Below are positions 51,184-64,000 of a stretch of DNA of 64,000 nucleotides, piece after piece (positions within the stretch are counted from its first letter, which is position 1; every line of letters begins with the position of its first letter). A model generated the notes under the pieces. It had not been told where the DNA came from and did not search any database. It saw only the letters and a list, made by a program, of their open reading frames with translations. The stretch is from contig OX597833.1 in assembly GCA_951406725.2 (NCBI GenBank), positions 4,588,001 through 4,652,000 of the forward strand, given 5' to 3'. Made by a program: the position numbers and the translations under genes. Source of the DNA: Octopus vulgaris (lineage: Eukaryota).

Positions 51184-51774
51184 TCACAGCCTTGTTCATT
51201 AGAAGTATATATGCTTATATGTATGTATATACACATACACATATATTTAAAGATATACTTATATAAATATACACACACATATATACATACATATATATAT
51301 ATGTACACACACACACACATATTTGTGTATCTTTTTGTGTAATTAATTGTGTAATAAAAAATAATTGCACCCATGACTGGCAACTAAATTTTGTTGTTAA
51401 TTACCCTCCTGGGGCACAGCTAACTGCAGCTTAAGCTGACATCAATAGTTTTGCTTCCTTATAATGGTATATTTGGTATTTGGTGGTGGAGGGGTGGCGA
51501 TGGTGGAATGTTGGGGTGGGAGCTAACGAGAATGTGAGAGTAATAAGGAGGAGGAAAAGGAGAGAGGGAGAGAGAGACGAGGGAGGGGTGGAAAAATTGT
51601 GAATTGTGTGTGGGGGGAGTAGTAAAGGGGTGGGGGAGAGGTGTGTTTGTAAGGGAGGTGGGAGGGATAATGTGGAGGTGTGGTTAGGCGGGAATGGAGG
51701 AGAAGGAGAGGAACTGACAGTAGAGGGTATGGAAGAGCAAAGGTGCTTGGACAGAAAGAGAAAGGAAATGTATG

Positions 51775-51812
<38 letters not shown>

Positions 51813-51949
51813 TAAGAAAGTGAGAACAAATGAGAGAGAGAGAGAGAGAGAGAGACTTTTATGATGCTGCAACACATCTCTGACTTTCTAGAATTTTCTC
51901 TTGGAACCTTTTAAGCCAGATTATTCCAGTCAGTTTATCTTGGTAATGT

Positions 51950-52150
51950 CTACATCATAACTGCAAATTCTTTTATCTTGGATAGATTTACTTTGGACAC
52001 CCTCTCTGCCCCGATCCCCGAGGCCTGTTTCCATGTTTTGAATATCTTCTCTAAGTCTTCTACAGACTCAGCTTTGAGAATCAACTGCTCAGTTCTTGGA
52101 AGGATTCCCATGCTACCAATCTGCTTGAGACTGCCCTTCGTTCTATGACT
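51950..52150 (-). mobile_element. RTE reverse transcriptase fragment, decayed
   Basis: LILKAESVEDLEKIFKTWKQ...KVNLSKIK resembles RT motifs downstream of YADD. Confidence 0.55.
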
Positions 52151-52178
52151 CAAACTTCTTGTTTGAAACTGATCTAAA

Positions 52179-52398
52179 TTAACCCTTTAGTGTTCGCATT
52201 ATTCTGCCAAAATTAATGCTTTTTTTATCCACATTGTTTTGAACTAATCATGCATTATCTTGTCGCTATGAGATTTTGATGAGGTAGCTGTTAATTTTTA
52301 AAACGATATTGTAGGGTTGGTCTGAGAGACCAGATCTGGCCAGTTTGAACATAAAACAAACAGAATACTTATGGCCGGTTTAATTGCTAAAGGGTTAA
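52179..52398. mobile_element. piggyBac-like MITE family B (reverse)
   Basis: TTAA-CCCTTTAG...CTAAAGGG-TTAA. Confidence 0.8.
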
Positions 52399-52549
52399 AG
52401 CTTTACATCAAAATTTCGCACCAGGCACCGGTTTAATGACAAAAGTTTTCTTAATAAATTCTTGGTTAATTTCAAACGTAATTAAAACAAATGGATTGTG
52501 TTTCAATAGAAACATTGTAACAAAAGTATTAAGGTAATTAAAATCAAAA

Positions 52550-53060
52550 TCATCATCATCATCATCATCATCATCGTTTAATATCAGCTTTCCATGCTGG
52601 CATGGGTTGGATGGTTTGACATGGAGCTGGTCACCAGAGAGCTGTCCAGACCCCCAACTGTCTGCATTGTCATGCTTTCTACAGCTGGATGCCCTCCCTA
52701 ATACCAACCCTTTATCAGAGTGTGCTGGATGCCTCTTTATGTGCCACTGGCATAGGTGCCTTTTATGTGTCACCAGCACCTGAAAGGACAGCCCCTAACT
52801 GTGTGGTTGACAATTTTACTTAGCTTGACGTGTCTTATAAAGTACAGCAAATTGGTACCAGTCTCTCGTCATTTCCTCAGTAAGGCCCAGCATCCAAAGA
52901 CCCTTTCTCACTACTTGGTCTCATGTCTCCATGGGTCCACTCCTCCCGCAGGTGCCCTCCACAATTAGAGTTCCGCACCTGTTGATGCAGCAGCCCTCAT
53001 CCATACGCATCGCATGACCAAGCCAGTGTAAGTCTTCTCTTTTACACACAACATTGGATG
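52550..53060 (-). mobile_element. RTE LINE 3' end (older subfamily)
   Basis: LHWLGHAMRMDEG...LGLTEEMTRD, then UTR and (GAT)n. Confidence 0.8.
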
Positions 53061-53069
53061 CCTCTTATA

Positions 53070-53520
53070 CCCATTTCTTTACTACCAACAAGGGGACAAA
53101 CAAGGACAGACAAACGGATTAAGTCGATTACAGTGACCCCAGTGCGTAACTGGTACTTATTTAATCGACCCCTAAAGGATGAAAGGCAAAGTCGACCTCG
53201 GCAGAATTTGAACTCGGAATGTAGCAGCAGACGAATTATGGCTATGCATTTCGCTCGGCATGCTAATGATTCTGCCAGCTCGCCACCTTTATTTCTTTAC
53301 TACCCACAAGGGGCTAAACACAGAGGGGACAAACAAGGACAGACAAACAGATTAAGTCAATTATATTGACCCCAGTGCGTAAATGTTACTTAATTTATCA
53401 ACCTCGAAAGGATGAAAGGCAATGTTGACCTCGGCGGAATTTGAACTCAGAATGTAGCGGCAGACAAAATACCACTAAGCATTTTGCCTGGCACACTACT
53501 GATTCTGCCAACTTACCCTG
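53070..53520 (-). mobile_element. Two tandem SINE B copies
   Basis: Two reverse copies, each with a head. Confidence 0.8.
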
Positions 53521-53586
53521 CCTTATGCCTCTTATACCCAGCTTCCATTAAAATTTCATGTCAATTTATGATCTAACTACAGCTTA

Positions 53587-53887
53587 GTGGAGGCACATGG
53601 CCTAGTGGTTAGAGCAGCGGACTCGCGGTCGAGAGATTGCAGGTTCAAATCTCAGACCGGGCGATGTGTGTGTTTATGAGCGAAACACCTAAGTTTCACG
53701 TGGCTACGGCAGAAGGTAATGGCGAACTTCTGCTGACTCTTTCGCCACAACTTTCTCTCATTCTTTCCTCCTGCATCTTGCAGCTCACCTGCGTCGAACT
53801 GGCGTCCCGTCCAGGTGGGGAACCTATACGCCAAGGAAACTGGGAAACTGGCCCTTATGAGCCAGGCATGGCGCGAGAATGAACAAA
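53587..53887 (+). mobile_element. tRNA(Arg)-like SINE family D
   Basis: A box TGGCCTAGTGG, TCG anticodon-like loop, B box GGTTCAAATC. 14-bp TSD ctaactacagctta. Confidence 0.82.
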
Positions 53888-53898
53888 CTAACTACAGC

Positions 53899-54126
53899 TT
53901 AACCCTTTCGTTACTGTATTTCTGTTGAGATGCTCAGTGTTTCTTTCAATTATTTTGAATATAACAAAGAATTTAGTAAAACAATTTAGTTATCATTCAG
54001 CTAATGTTAGGAACATAAATTATGACTAAGGCTTGGTGGAATATTTTAATTCAAAACTTCTGAAAACAAGACATTTTACCACAGAGCCAGAGCCGGTTTT
54101 GGCCAGGTTAGTAACAAAAGGGTTAA
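53899..54126. mobile_element. piggyBac-like MITE family A (reverse)
   Basis: TTAA-CCCTTT...AAAGGG-TTAA. Reverse complement of 2759-2979. Confidence 0.82.
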
Positions 54127-54849
54127 TGACAAACTTATAAATAAATTCTGCGTTAATTTCAAAGTTAATCGGAGCAAAAGGCAGCATATTTCAATTTAAA
54201 CCTGATAGACGTATGATTTTAACCCTTTTGATCCCAAACTCACCCCGGATTGAATCTCGTTCTCTGATACAGACTTCCTGTTTTGAAGTACTTTGAATTA
54301 AAACATTCCATTGGAATTTTCATGTCAACTTATTTTCTAAACACTCGTTTAATTATGACGAAGTTATTTTAATAAACCCTTCATTATTTTCAAAATTAAT
54401 TGGAACAATGACAGTGTATTTTAAGAGAAATATGTAACAAAGTTACTGTCACCACCACCACCACCACCTTCACCACTAGCACCTCCGCTACCACCACTGC
54501 TACCATTACCCTTCTACAATTGAGACCACCACCACTACCACCACCACCACCACCACAAGCACAATTATCACCATCATTACAATCACCATCTCCAACACTA
54601 CAACCATAAACAACCTCAACCACCACCGCCATCACAACCACCACTACAACTATCACCGACACTCCTCCTCCCTGCAGGACAGCTCCTACAGATATATATA
54701 TTTGTAAAGAAGGAAGAAACGTCTGGTTAGTCTGAGACAGTTCCTGGTTGTGCTGCTTTCTCTCTGTTCCAGTGGAAGAAGACAAGGTTTCAGGGTCACT
54801 TTTGCTGTGTCTCTGCATTATTTTGTTGTGACAGCTTTTGAAAGTTACT

Positions 54850-55218
54850 TGTGTGTGTGTATGGCTGTGTGTATGTATATATATATATATATGTATGTGT
54901 GTATGTATATATATATATGTATGTATGTGTGTATATGTATATATATATGTGTGTGTGTGTGCGTCTATGAATATGTGTCTGTGTATGTATATATACATAT
55001 GTGTATGTGTGTATATATATATATGTGCATGTATGTATATATATATGTGTGTGTGTATGTATATATATGTGTGTATGTATATATATGTATATATATATAT
55101 ATGTGTGTGTGTGCGTCTATGAATATGTGTGTGTATGTATATATATGTGTGTATGTATGTATATATATATATATATGTATGTGTGTATGTATATATATAT
55201 ATGTGTGTGTGTGTGTAT
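54850..55218. repeat. (TG/TA)n compound microsatellite
   Basis: Directly visible. Confidence 0.95.
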
Positions 55219-56079
55219 CTAAATGTTTTAAAATCTACACAGCCTTGGTTTTTTTATCTCATAATAAAAAAAAACATTCTTATATACACACGCTGACACA
55301 TGGCCAACGTTGGACCCCTCATTTGCATAATCACCGAACCTGGAACTTAACTATGGTCTATCCATATCACTTACTCAGCATTACCTGACACCTTTGGGTC
55401 TCTATGACACCATTACCTCTCTTAACCTATATATATATATATAGATATATATTTATATTTATATATATATATATTTGTGTGTGTGTGTGTGTATATATTT
55501 TCTGTATGTGAAGGGGCTTATAGACTCACCCCCCACCCATTCTCTGTTACCTCCTGTGTACTTGTCAAACAACTTTATTGCATTAAGCATCATCATCATC
55601 ATCATCATCGCCATTGTCATTGCCACCCTTAACCTGGATTCTGCCCTAGTTTGTTATTGAGGCCAGAGACATTCCTCTTTGGTAGAGCCCTCATCAAGTT
55701 TCACTTGATACACTTTAGATGAGTTGTAGTGCACCTGAGCACTGTACACAATGTTTTATTATTATTATTATTAAGAGGAGGGTGAAGGTGGAAAGGTGAG
55801 GTGCTGTCCTCGAGTGAGTTTTTATTGAAAGGTGGGTGAATGTTGCAAAAATGGCAAGAGTGGATGGTACCTCTCTAAGTGTAGACCTGTGAGTCGGAGA
55901 AGGCACTTGCTCTGGGTGTTTAGGGAATTAGTCCCAGAGGTCCTCTTGTTTCAGAAGGACCACATCACCATCATCACTTTTTTTCCTTCTTTAATTTTAC
56001 TGTTGTATTTTACATATGCTTCCTTTCTTTATTATGTACCATGTATACTCTCTCTCTCTCTCTTACATACATACATACA

Positions 56080-56127
<48 letters not shown>

Positions 56128-56284
56128 TAAATTAGAGATAAAACCACTATTAGGCAAATCATACAATGAAAAACTCAAGCCAATACAATATTTTACTATA
56201 AAATTGGATTCAATCCTAAATCTGATTTTTCCCTGTAAGTTTGGATTTATTCCCTAATATTTTATTATTAATTTATATATATAT

Positions 56285-56602
56285 ATCATCATCATCATCG
56301 TTTAACGTCCGTTTTCCTTGCTATCACAGGTTGGACAGTTTGACCGGGATCTGGGAAGCCAGGAGGCTGCACCAGGTTCCAGTCTGATCTGGCAGTGTTT
56401 CTACAGCTGGATGCCCTTCCTAACACCAACCACTCCGAGAGTATAGTGGGTGCTTTTTACGTGCCATCGGCACAGGTGCCAGGGGAGGCTGCCAGTGGCC
56501 ATGATCAGTTGGTGCTTTTTACATGCCACCAGCACAGAAGCCAGTCGACGCGGTGCTGGCATCGGCGACATTCAGATGGTGCTTTTTATGTGTCACCGGC
56601 AT
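56285..56602 (-). mobile_element. RTE 3'UTR fragment
   Basis: Same tail and units. Confidence 0.78.
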
Positions 56603-56971
56603 ATATATATATATGTTTTGGTGCAAATGGTTTTGTTAAGCAGTGTTGAGTTTTACAATTCTATAAATAATAATGGTATTTTTTTATAAGCGATAAAATG
56701 ACTAAGGAAAATAGTCTAATAACGGGGCACATAAGCCCTCAACAGAAAAAAGAAGGCTTTCCTGTACGCGTAGGACTTGAACCCACATCCCTTTGGTAAT
56801 ACGACCAAGTGTGTTACCCATTACACCAGCAAACCAGCCTGCTCCTTTCTGTCAAATTTAAGAACTACATTAGTTTGTGGTTGTTTTTGTAAACAAACTT
56901 TATGTGGTTTCGGTGCAAATGGTTTTGTTAAGAGGTGTCGAGTTTTACAATTCTGTAAATAATAATAATAC

Positions 56972-57366
56972 TATTTTTACTCTCTCTTTTACTCTTTTAC
57001 TTGTTTCAGTCATTTGACTGCGGCCATGCTGGAGCACCGCCTTTAATCGAGCAACTCGACCCTGGGACTTATTCCTTTGTAAGCCCAGTACTTATTCTAT
57101 CGGTCTCTTTTGCTGAACCGCTAAGTAACGGGGATGCAAACACACCAGCATCGGTTGCCAAGCAATGCTAGGGGGACAAACACACATATATATACATATA
57201 TACGATAGGCTTCTTTCAGTTTCCGTCTGCCAAATCCACTCACAAGGCTTTAGTCGGCCCGAGGCTATAGTAGAAGACACTTGCCCAAGGTGCCACGCAG
57301 TAGGACTGAACCCGGAACCATGTGGTTGGTAAACAAGCTACTTACTACACAGCCATTCCTGCGCCT
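56972..57366 (-). mobile_element. SINE family A, full length, inserted in (TAA)n
   Basis: Reverse copy flanked by aataata. Confidence 0.85.
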
Positions 57367-58089
57367 AATAATAGTATTTTTGTATAAGCTTAAAGTTTAT
57401 GGCAATCACCATACAAATGATTAAGGAAAGTAGTCTAATAAAGGGGCATATAAGCCCTCGACAGAAAAAAAGAGGGCTTTCCTGTACACATATTATTTAT
57501 TTTTATCATTTCATTACATGCAAAACCCCACACTTTATATCTGTCTTAATATTGTCTCCCTTATCCTTCACCCTGGTGGCAAATATGAGAAACAACCACC
57601 ATCATCATTATCATTATTATTAAGGTAGTGAGCTGGCAGGGTCGTTAGCACATCGGGACAAAATCCTTAGTGGTAATTTCATCTGTCTTTATGGTCTGAG
57701 TTCAAATGCCACCAAGGTCAACTTTGCATTTCATCCTTTCAGGGTCTATAGAATAAGTACCAGTTGGACACTGGGGTCAGTGTAATCGACTAGCCCCCTC
57801 CCCGCCCCTGAAATTACTGGCCTTGTGCCGAAACTTGAAACCACCATCATCATCATCATCATCATTATTATTATCATTATTAAGAAGGTGACAAGCTGGC
57901 AGAATCGTTAGCACGCTGAACGAAATGTGTAGCAGTATTTCGCCTGTTGCTGCATTCCGAGATCAAATTCTGCCGAGGTCAATTTTGCCTTTCATCCTTT
58001 TGGGGGGTCCATAAAATAAGTACCAGTGAAACACTGGGGTCGATGTAATTGACTTGTCCCCTCCCTCCAAATTTGAGGCTTTGTGCCCA

Positions 58090-58860
58090 AAGCAGAGATT
58101 GAAGGATTTTTAATTGCAGCTGAAGACCAAAGCCTCCCCACCAGAAATTACCAAAAACATATAATGAAAAGAAACATAACAAGTAACTGCAGAATATGTG
58201 GAGATGGACAAGAAACAATAAATCATATTATCTCTAGCTGCCCAGTCCTGGCTAAGAAGGAATATATTCACAGACATGACAGAGTTGGAACCTACATACA
58301 TTGGAAGCTATGCCAACATTATGGAATAACAACAGAAAAAAGATGGTATAGGCACACACCAGAAAAGGTCACAGAAAACGAGAAAGCAACCATACTCTGG
58401 GATATGTCAATACACACAAATCGAGAAATTAAGGCCAATAGGTCAGATATAGTTGTCAGAGATCATGAAGGAAAAAAATGCTTTCTAATTGATGTATCAA
58501 TACCAGCAGATGACAACGTGTCTCTAAAAGAAATGGAGAAACTTTTAAAATACAAAGACCTGGAAATAGAGGTAACTAGAATATGGAATCTAAAACAGAA
58601 ACAATTCTTATCATAGTGGGGGCATTAGGTATGATAACAAAATATTCAAATACATAACAAAAACACCAGGACTTATATATATAACATACAGAAAATTGCA
58701 CTACTGGGCATTGCACACATCCTACGCAGAACACTCTCAATACAGTAACCATCAGAGCATCACAGCAAACCACAGCACATACCCAGGGCAAACACAGCTG
58801 TGCTTGGTAGTGCAGTGAAAGCATGCTATAAAAATAAGACCACTGAATAATAATAATAAT
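58090..58860 (+). mobile_element. Dong/R4-clade non-LTR retrotransposon 3' end (CCHC knuckle plus restriction-like endonuclease)
   Basis: CRICGDGQETINHIISSC, RHD, ANRSDIVV..KKCFLIDVSIP..EKLLKYKDL. Frameshift near 58595. (TAA)n tail. Confidence 0.9.
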
Positions 58861-59012
58861 ACTAATTATTATTATTATTGTTATTTTATTAGCTAAACAC
58901 AAATATCAAGGTGGGGCATTAATAGAGTATAAACTATTGTGAAAAGTTATAAATTGAAAGATTTTCTGATTTTTTGAGAAAAGGAAAACAGATAAGAATA
59001 CATAAAAATATA

Positions 59013-59063
<51 letters not shown>

Positions 59064-59065
59064 AA

Positions 59066-59100
<35 letters not shown>

Positions 59101-59512
59101 GAATTGGAAAAAAACCCACCTTTTTTCAATTCAAAAATGAAAAATTAAGTTATACCATTTAGAAAAATTATATCTTTTTGCACATTACTTAATCATCGTT
59201 ATATGTTTTATCTTATATTTAATCTTTCTATAATATGTAATTTTCTAGATGGTATAATTTAATTTCTCATTATTGAATTGATAAAAGGTGGGTTTTTTTC
59301 TAATTCACATATATATTTTACATTTTGTGAAATTTGATTTAGTATTTCTAAATTGAATTTTTCCCTGTAAGTTTGGAATAATATTCCCTCATATTATATA
59401 TATAGATAGATAGATATATACATATGTATATATGTATATGCTTATGTATGTATATGTGTATATGTATATATATATGTATATATATATATATGTGTATATA
59501 TATATAGATAAA

Positions 59513-59554
<42 letters not shown>

Positions 59555-59557
<3 letters not shown>

Positions 59558-59945
59558 CGCAGGAGTGGCTGTGTGGTAAGTAGCTTGCTAACCAACCACA
59601 TGGTTCTGGGTTCAGTCCCACTGCGTGGCATCATGGGCAAGTGTCTTCTGCTATAGCCCCGGGCCGACCAATGCCTTGTGAGTGGATTTGGTAGAAGGAA
59701 ACTGAAAGAAGCCTGTCGTATATATGTATATATATATAAGTGTGTGTGTCTGTGTTTGTCCCCCTAGCATTGCTTGACAACCGATGCTGGTGTGTTTATG
59801 TCCCCGTTATTAGCGGTTCGGCCAAAGAGACCGATAGAATAAGTACTGGGCTTACAAAGAATAAGTCCTGGGGTAGATTTGCTCAACTAAAGGAGGTGCT
59901 CCAGCATGGCCGCAGTCAAATGACTGAAACAAGTAAAAAAAAAAA
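59555..59945 (+). mobile_element. SINE family A, full length, within (TA)n
   Basis: Complete head, body and tail. Confidence 0.87.
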
Positions 59946-60494
59946 TATGTATATATGTATATGCTTATGTATGTATGTATGTATATGTATATACATGTAT
60001 GTACGTATATATATATATATATATATAAAGTATATATATGTATGTATGTATGTGTGTAAGGGTGTAGACATGGCTGTGTGATAGGAAGTTTGTTTCCCAA
60101 CCCCGTGGTTCCAGGTTCCAGTGTGTATGTGTCTTTGTTTGTCCCTCATCACAGCTTGGCAATTGGTGTCTGTGTGTTTACATCCCCATAACTTAGCAGT
60201 TTGGCAAAGGAGACCAACAGAACAGTTACCAAGCTTAAAGGCAAAACATAGGTACTGGGGCTGATTCATTCGACCAAAAACTCTCCAAGGCGTTACTCCA
60301 GCTTGGCCGCAATCTAATGACTGAAACTAGTAAATGATAGAAGATAAAAGAGTCTTTCTTCCATATCCTGGCTGTGAGATATAATAATATCACTCACTGG
60401 ATATCCTCTGCATGGATATCTCTCATAGCCAAATAAATATAATTGTCCGTCTGTTTCTTCATCCATTCTTTCTGTCTTCATTTGTCTCTCTGTC

Positions 60495-60496
60495 CA

Positions 60497-60537
<41 letters not shown>

Positions 60538-60614
60538 TCCTGTATGCCTATCTATCTATCTATCTATTTATCTCTCTCTCTATCTATCTATCTTCCTGTA
60601 TGCCTATCTATCTC

Positions 60615-60646
<32 letters not shown>

Positions 60647-60701
60647 CCTGTATGCCTATCTATCCATCCGTCCGTCCGTCTGTCTATCTATCCATCCATC
60701 C

Positions 60702-60746
<45 letters not shown>

Positions 60747-60863
60747 CCTGTATGCCTATCTGTCTATATATCCATCTATCTATCTATCTTTCTTCCTTTC
60801 TTTCTTTCTTTCTTATTTATCTGTCTGCCTGTCCCTTTCTGTGTATCTGTCTGTCTGTCCGTC

Positions 60864-60898
<35 letters not shown>

Positions 60899-61000
60899 GT
60901 CTATCACCCTGTCTATCTATCTTTCTTATCTGCCTTATCTATCTTATTTATCTTTCTGTGTGTCTGTCTGTCCGTCCGTTTCTATCTATCTGTCTATCTA
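60495..61000. repeat. (TC)n/(TCTA)n compound microsatellite
   Basis: Directly visible. Confidence 0.95.
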
Positions 61001-61003
61001 CAT

Positions 61004-61313
61004 CAGGGGCTGGGGATCTTTTTTAACTAATTACCCCAAAATGTATTTATTTACACCGAAGTTACTCCCTTGATTTGAAAGGAAGGACATCATAGATTCT
61101 TTGGATTCAAAAGCTTTATTGAATCTATTTACACGAACCTTTTTACCCGTCCATTACATTAGACAAAAGCTGTGTTGCCAGAAGAAAAACTTTCTGTTGT
61201 TACAAGGAACACGTTTTTTATATAATTTTACTTATGTCTCATGTGTCCTAATTACCCCCAAGAATTTCATTTTTACCCCACATGGGATAATTTACCCCGG
61301 TTTGCCGACCCCT
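61004..61313. mobile_element. hAT-like MITE (CAGGGG termini)
   Basis: caggggctgggga...ttgccgacccctt imperfect TIRs with subterminal aattacccc motifs. Confidence 0.5.
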
Positions 61314-61559
61314 TATCTATATCTATCTGTCTGTCTGTCCTTTCTTCCCTCCCTCTGCTTGTTCCATCCATCTGCCCATCCAATGGCATCTTTCAGTTTC
61401 TGTCTGCTAAATCTACTCACAGGGCTTTGGTTAGCCCAAGGATATGGTAGTAGCAGAGACACTCGTCCAAGGTGCTGTGCAGTGGGATTGAACCTAGAAA
61501 CAAAGAGAAGCAAAGCAAGCTGCTTAACCACACAGCCATCTATCCATACACACACACAC

Positions 61560-61793
61560 ATATGAGGGAACGGCGACTTTCGAGTCGAAAAGGTCTGCAG
61601 AGCTGGAGGAGAAAAGACGACGACAGAAGGAGCACCAACGACAACCACGTGTGACTCTCCCTTCCGGCACTAGATGTCCACACTGTGACCGATCTTTTCA
61701 AGCAAGAATTGGTCTTATCGGTCACCTGCGGACTCACCAGTAAATTTGCGCGAAGACCATCATCCTCGACCTTGAGGGATTGCCATCATCATC
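61560..61793 (+). mobile_element. RTE-type LINE 3' end with a C-terminal C2H2 finger
   Basis: FESKRSAELERKRRRQKE...CPHCDRSFQARIGLIGHLRTHQ*, short UTR and (CAT)n. Confidence 0.8.
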
Positions 61794-61794
61794 T

Positions 61795-62388
61795 TTATTG
61801 CCTACAAGGGGCTAAACATAAAAGGGACAAACAAGGACAGACAAAGGGATTAAGTCGATTACATCGACCCTAGTGCGAAACTGGTACTTTATTTATCGAC
61901 CCCGAAAGGATGAAAGGCAAAGTCGACCTTGGTGGAATTTGAACTCAGCACGTAACGGCAGACGAAATACCTATTTCTTTACTACCCACAAGGGGCTAAA
62001 CACAGAAGGGACAAACAAGGACAGACATAGGGATTAAGTCAATTACATCGACCCCAGTGCATAACTGGTACTTTATTTATCAACCCCGAAAGGATGAAAG
62101 GCAAAGTCGACCTTGGTGGAATTTGAACTCAGCACGTAACGGCAGACGAAATACCTATTTCTTTACTACCCACAAGGGGCTAAACACAGAAGGGACAAAC
62201 AAGGACAGACATAAGGATTAAGTCAATTACATCGACCCCAGTGCATAACTGGTACTTTATTTATCAACCCCGAAAGGATGAAAGGCAAAGTCGACCTTGG
62301 TGGAATTTGAACTCAGAACGTTACAACAGACAAAATACTGCTAAGCATTTCGCCCAGCATGCTAACGTGTCAGCCAGTTCACCGCCCT
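61795..62388 (-). mobile_element. SINE family B head-to-tail trimer
   Basis: Three ~184-bp bodies and a single head at 62340-62388. Confidence 0.88.
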
Positions 62389-64000
62389 TTTTCCTCTATA
62401 TATAAACACACATATCTGTTTGTTATGTTTGGCCATGGTCATATTTTGACCAATTAAACACATGCACTATTTACTTGGTCTCCACTTTATTATTATTATT
62501 ATTATTATTATTGTTTTAGTGTCCTTGATCTAATCTCCTTTATCACACATCCTGTGACCACTTCAACAACTCTTTTTTTCCACGTGCATCCACTTTTCCT
62601 GTTTTGTTCATACTGACTCATCATCATCATCATCGTTCAATGTCCGCTTTCCATGCTGGCATGGGTTGGACGATTTGACAGGTCTGGCGAACCAGATGGC
62701 TGCACCTAATCTGGCAGTGTTTCTACAGCTGGATGTCCTTCCTAACGCCAACCACTCTGAGAGTGTAGTGGGTGCTTTTTACATGCAACTGGCATGGCGT
62801 GCCAAACAATCCTTTGTACTATAGGCACAAGGCCTGAAATTTTTGTGGGGAGTGGGTAAGTCGATTACATCGATCCCAGTACACAACTGGTATTTAATTT
62901 ATCAACCATGGAAGGGTGACAGGCAAAGTCGACCTCGGTAGAATTTGAACTCAGAACGCTAAGACAGACAAAATGCTGCTGGGCATTTTTTGTCCGACAA
63001 GCTAACAGTTCTGCTGACTCGGTACCTTACAAGGATTTCTTTTATTGGCCACAAGGGTCCAAGACATGGAGGACAATATCGAAGGACAAATAGAGACGGG
63101 TAGGATTTACATCAGTCGAAGGGAAATACTACCACAGTCAAGGATATAACAGAGGAAATATGATAGAAATTAGAGGAATAAATAGTCTTTTCTTTTAAAG
63201 GCACAAGGCCCGAAATTTTGGGGGAGTGGGGAGCAATCGATTAGATCGACCCCAGTATACAACTGGTACCTAATTTATCGACCCCGAAAGGATGAAAGGC
63301 GAAGTCGACCTCAGCGGAATTTGAACTCAGAATGAAAGAAATGAATATTCTTTTCTGCACTAGGCACAAGGCCCAAACATTTTGGGGAGGGGGCCAGTTG
63401 ATTAGATTGAGCCCAGTATGCAACTGGTACCTAATTTATTAACCCCGAAAGGATGAAAGGCAAAGTTGACCTCTGCTGAATTTGAACTCGGAATGAGAGA
63501 AATGAATATTAAATAGATAAAATAGCAGGGGAGTCCACTTAGGGCAATCTGGGGGTAAACTCCACACAAAAATCTAGGATTACTCTGCTATCCCCAAAGC
63601 ATGGGAATAACAACAGCAACAGCTGTGTGTGATTAAGACGCAAACCCGTCAATTTTGAGGGGAAGGGCAATAGTTGACCGCTACTTCATTTTATTAATGG
63701 GTGTGTTTCTCTCAGCTTTTCATTGACACACTTGAAGAATTCTAAGAGAATATAATTATTTATATAAAGAAAGTGACAAAGAAGCGACATTTCCTTTTAG
63801 TTTGGAATTCTGTCTGCTCTGTTGGAAGATCACAGTTCCCCGTCTCATCTGTCAACGGTATTTTCTTCACCTTTCTCTCAATCCATCTCTGGTTATTCCA
63901 TTTGGCAACACACCAACATCTCACAATCCTCCTCAAGTCTCTTTTGGACTCTCCCCCCTCTTTCTCTCTCTCTCCACATTAATGCAAATTTATTTAATAT

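Noticed and set aside
53590-53665. tRNA-Arg gene (also heads at 47799 and 56762)
   Set aside because: Acceptor stems do not pair and the sequences continue into repeat bodies. They are SINE heads, not tRNA genes.
54440-54670. Pro/Thr-rich coding exon
   Set aside because: Degenerate (CAC)n low complexity attached to a MITE remnant, with no convincing splice pair.
61640-61743. C2H2 zinc-finger gene exon
   Set aside because: Single finger followed by a stop, short UTR and (CAT)n tail, typical of RTE-type LINE C-termini.

Overview
Repeat-rich, AT-rich animal genomic DNA. The SINE/LINE/MITE mix and microsatellite load suggest a coleoid cephalopod (Octopus-like); this is inference. Two spliced genes are arranged head-to-head around a ~0.7 kb ETS-motif-containing promoter. 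TMEM209 is on the minus strand (4 coding exons visible, running off the left edge). LSM3 is complete on the plus strand (4 exons, 102 aa). LSM3 intron 3 holds a ~5.7 kb array of a 66-bp unit that is an expansion of a repeat found in the 3'UTR of an RTE LINE; it produces all the long ORFs in the track. A probable third gene starts in a repeat-free island at ~41-43.5 kb (first coding exon candidate 43331-43437). The rest is tRNA-derived SINEs, LINE fragments (RTE, CR1, Dong/R4), Tc1/mariner relics, hAT/piggyBac/Merlin-like MITEs and microsatellites. The most notable unannotated signal is a set of Penelope-type minimal hammerhead ribozyme motifs, including one element that fuses a tRNA-like Pol III head to a hammerhead-bearing body (SMalpha-like architecture). 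All alignments and folds were done by eye; transposon boundaries without a stated TSD are approximate.
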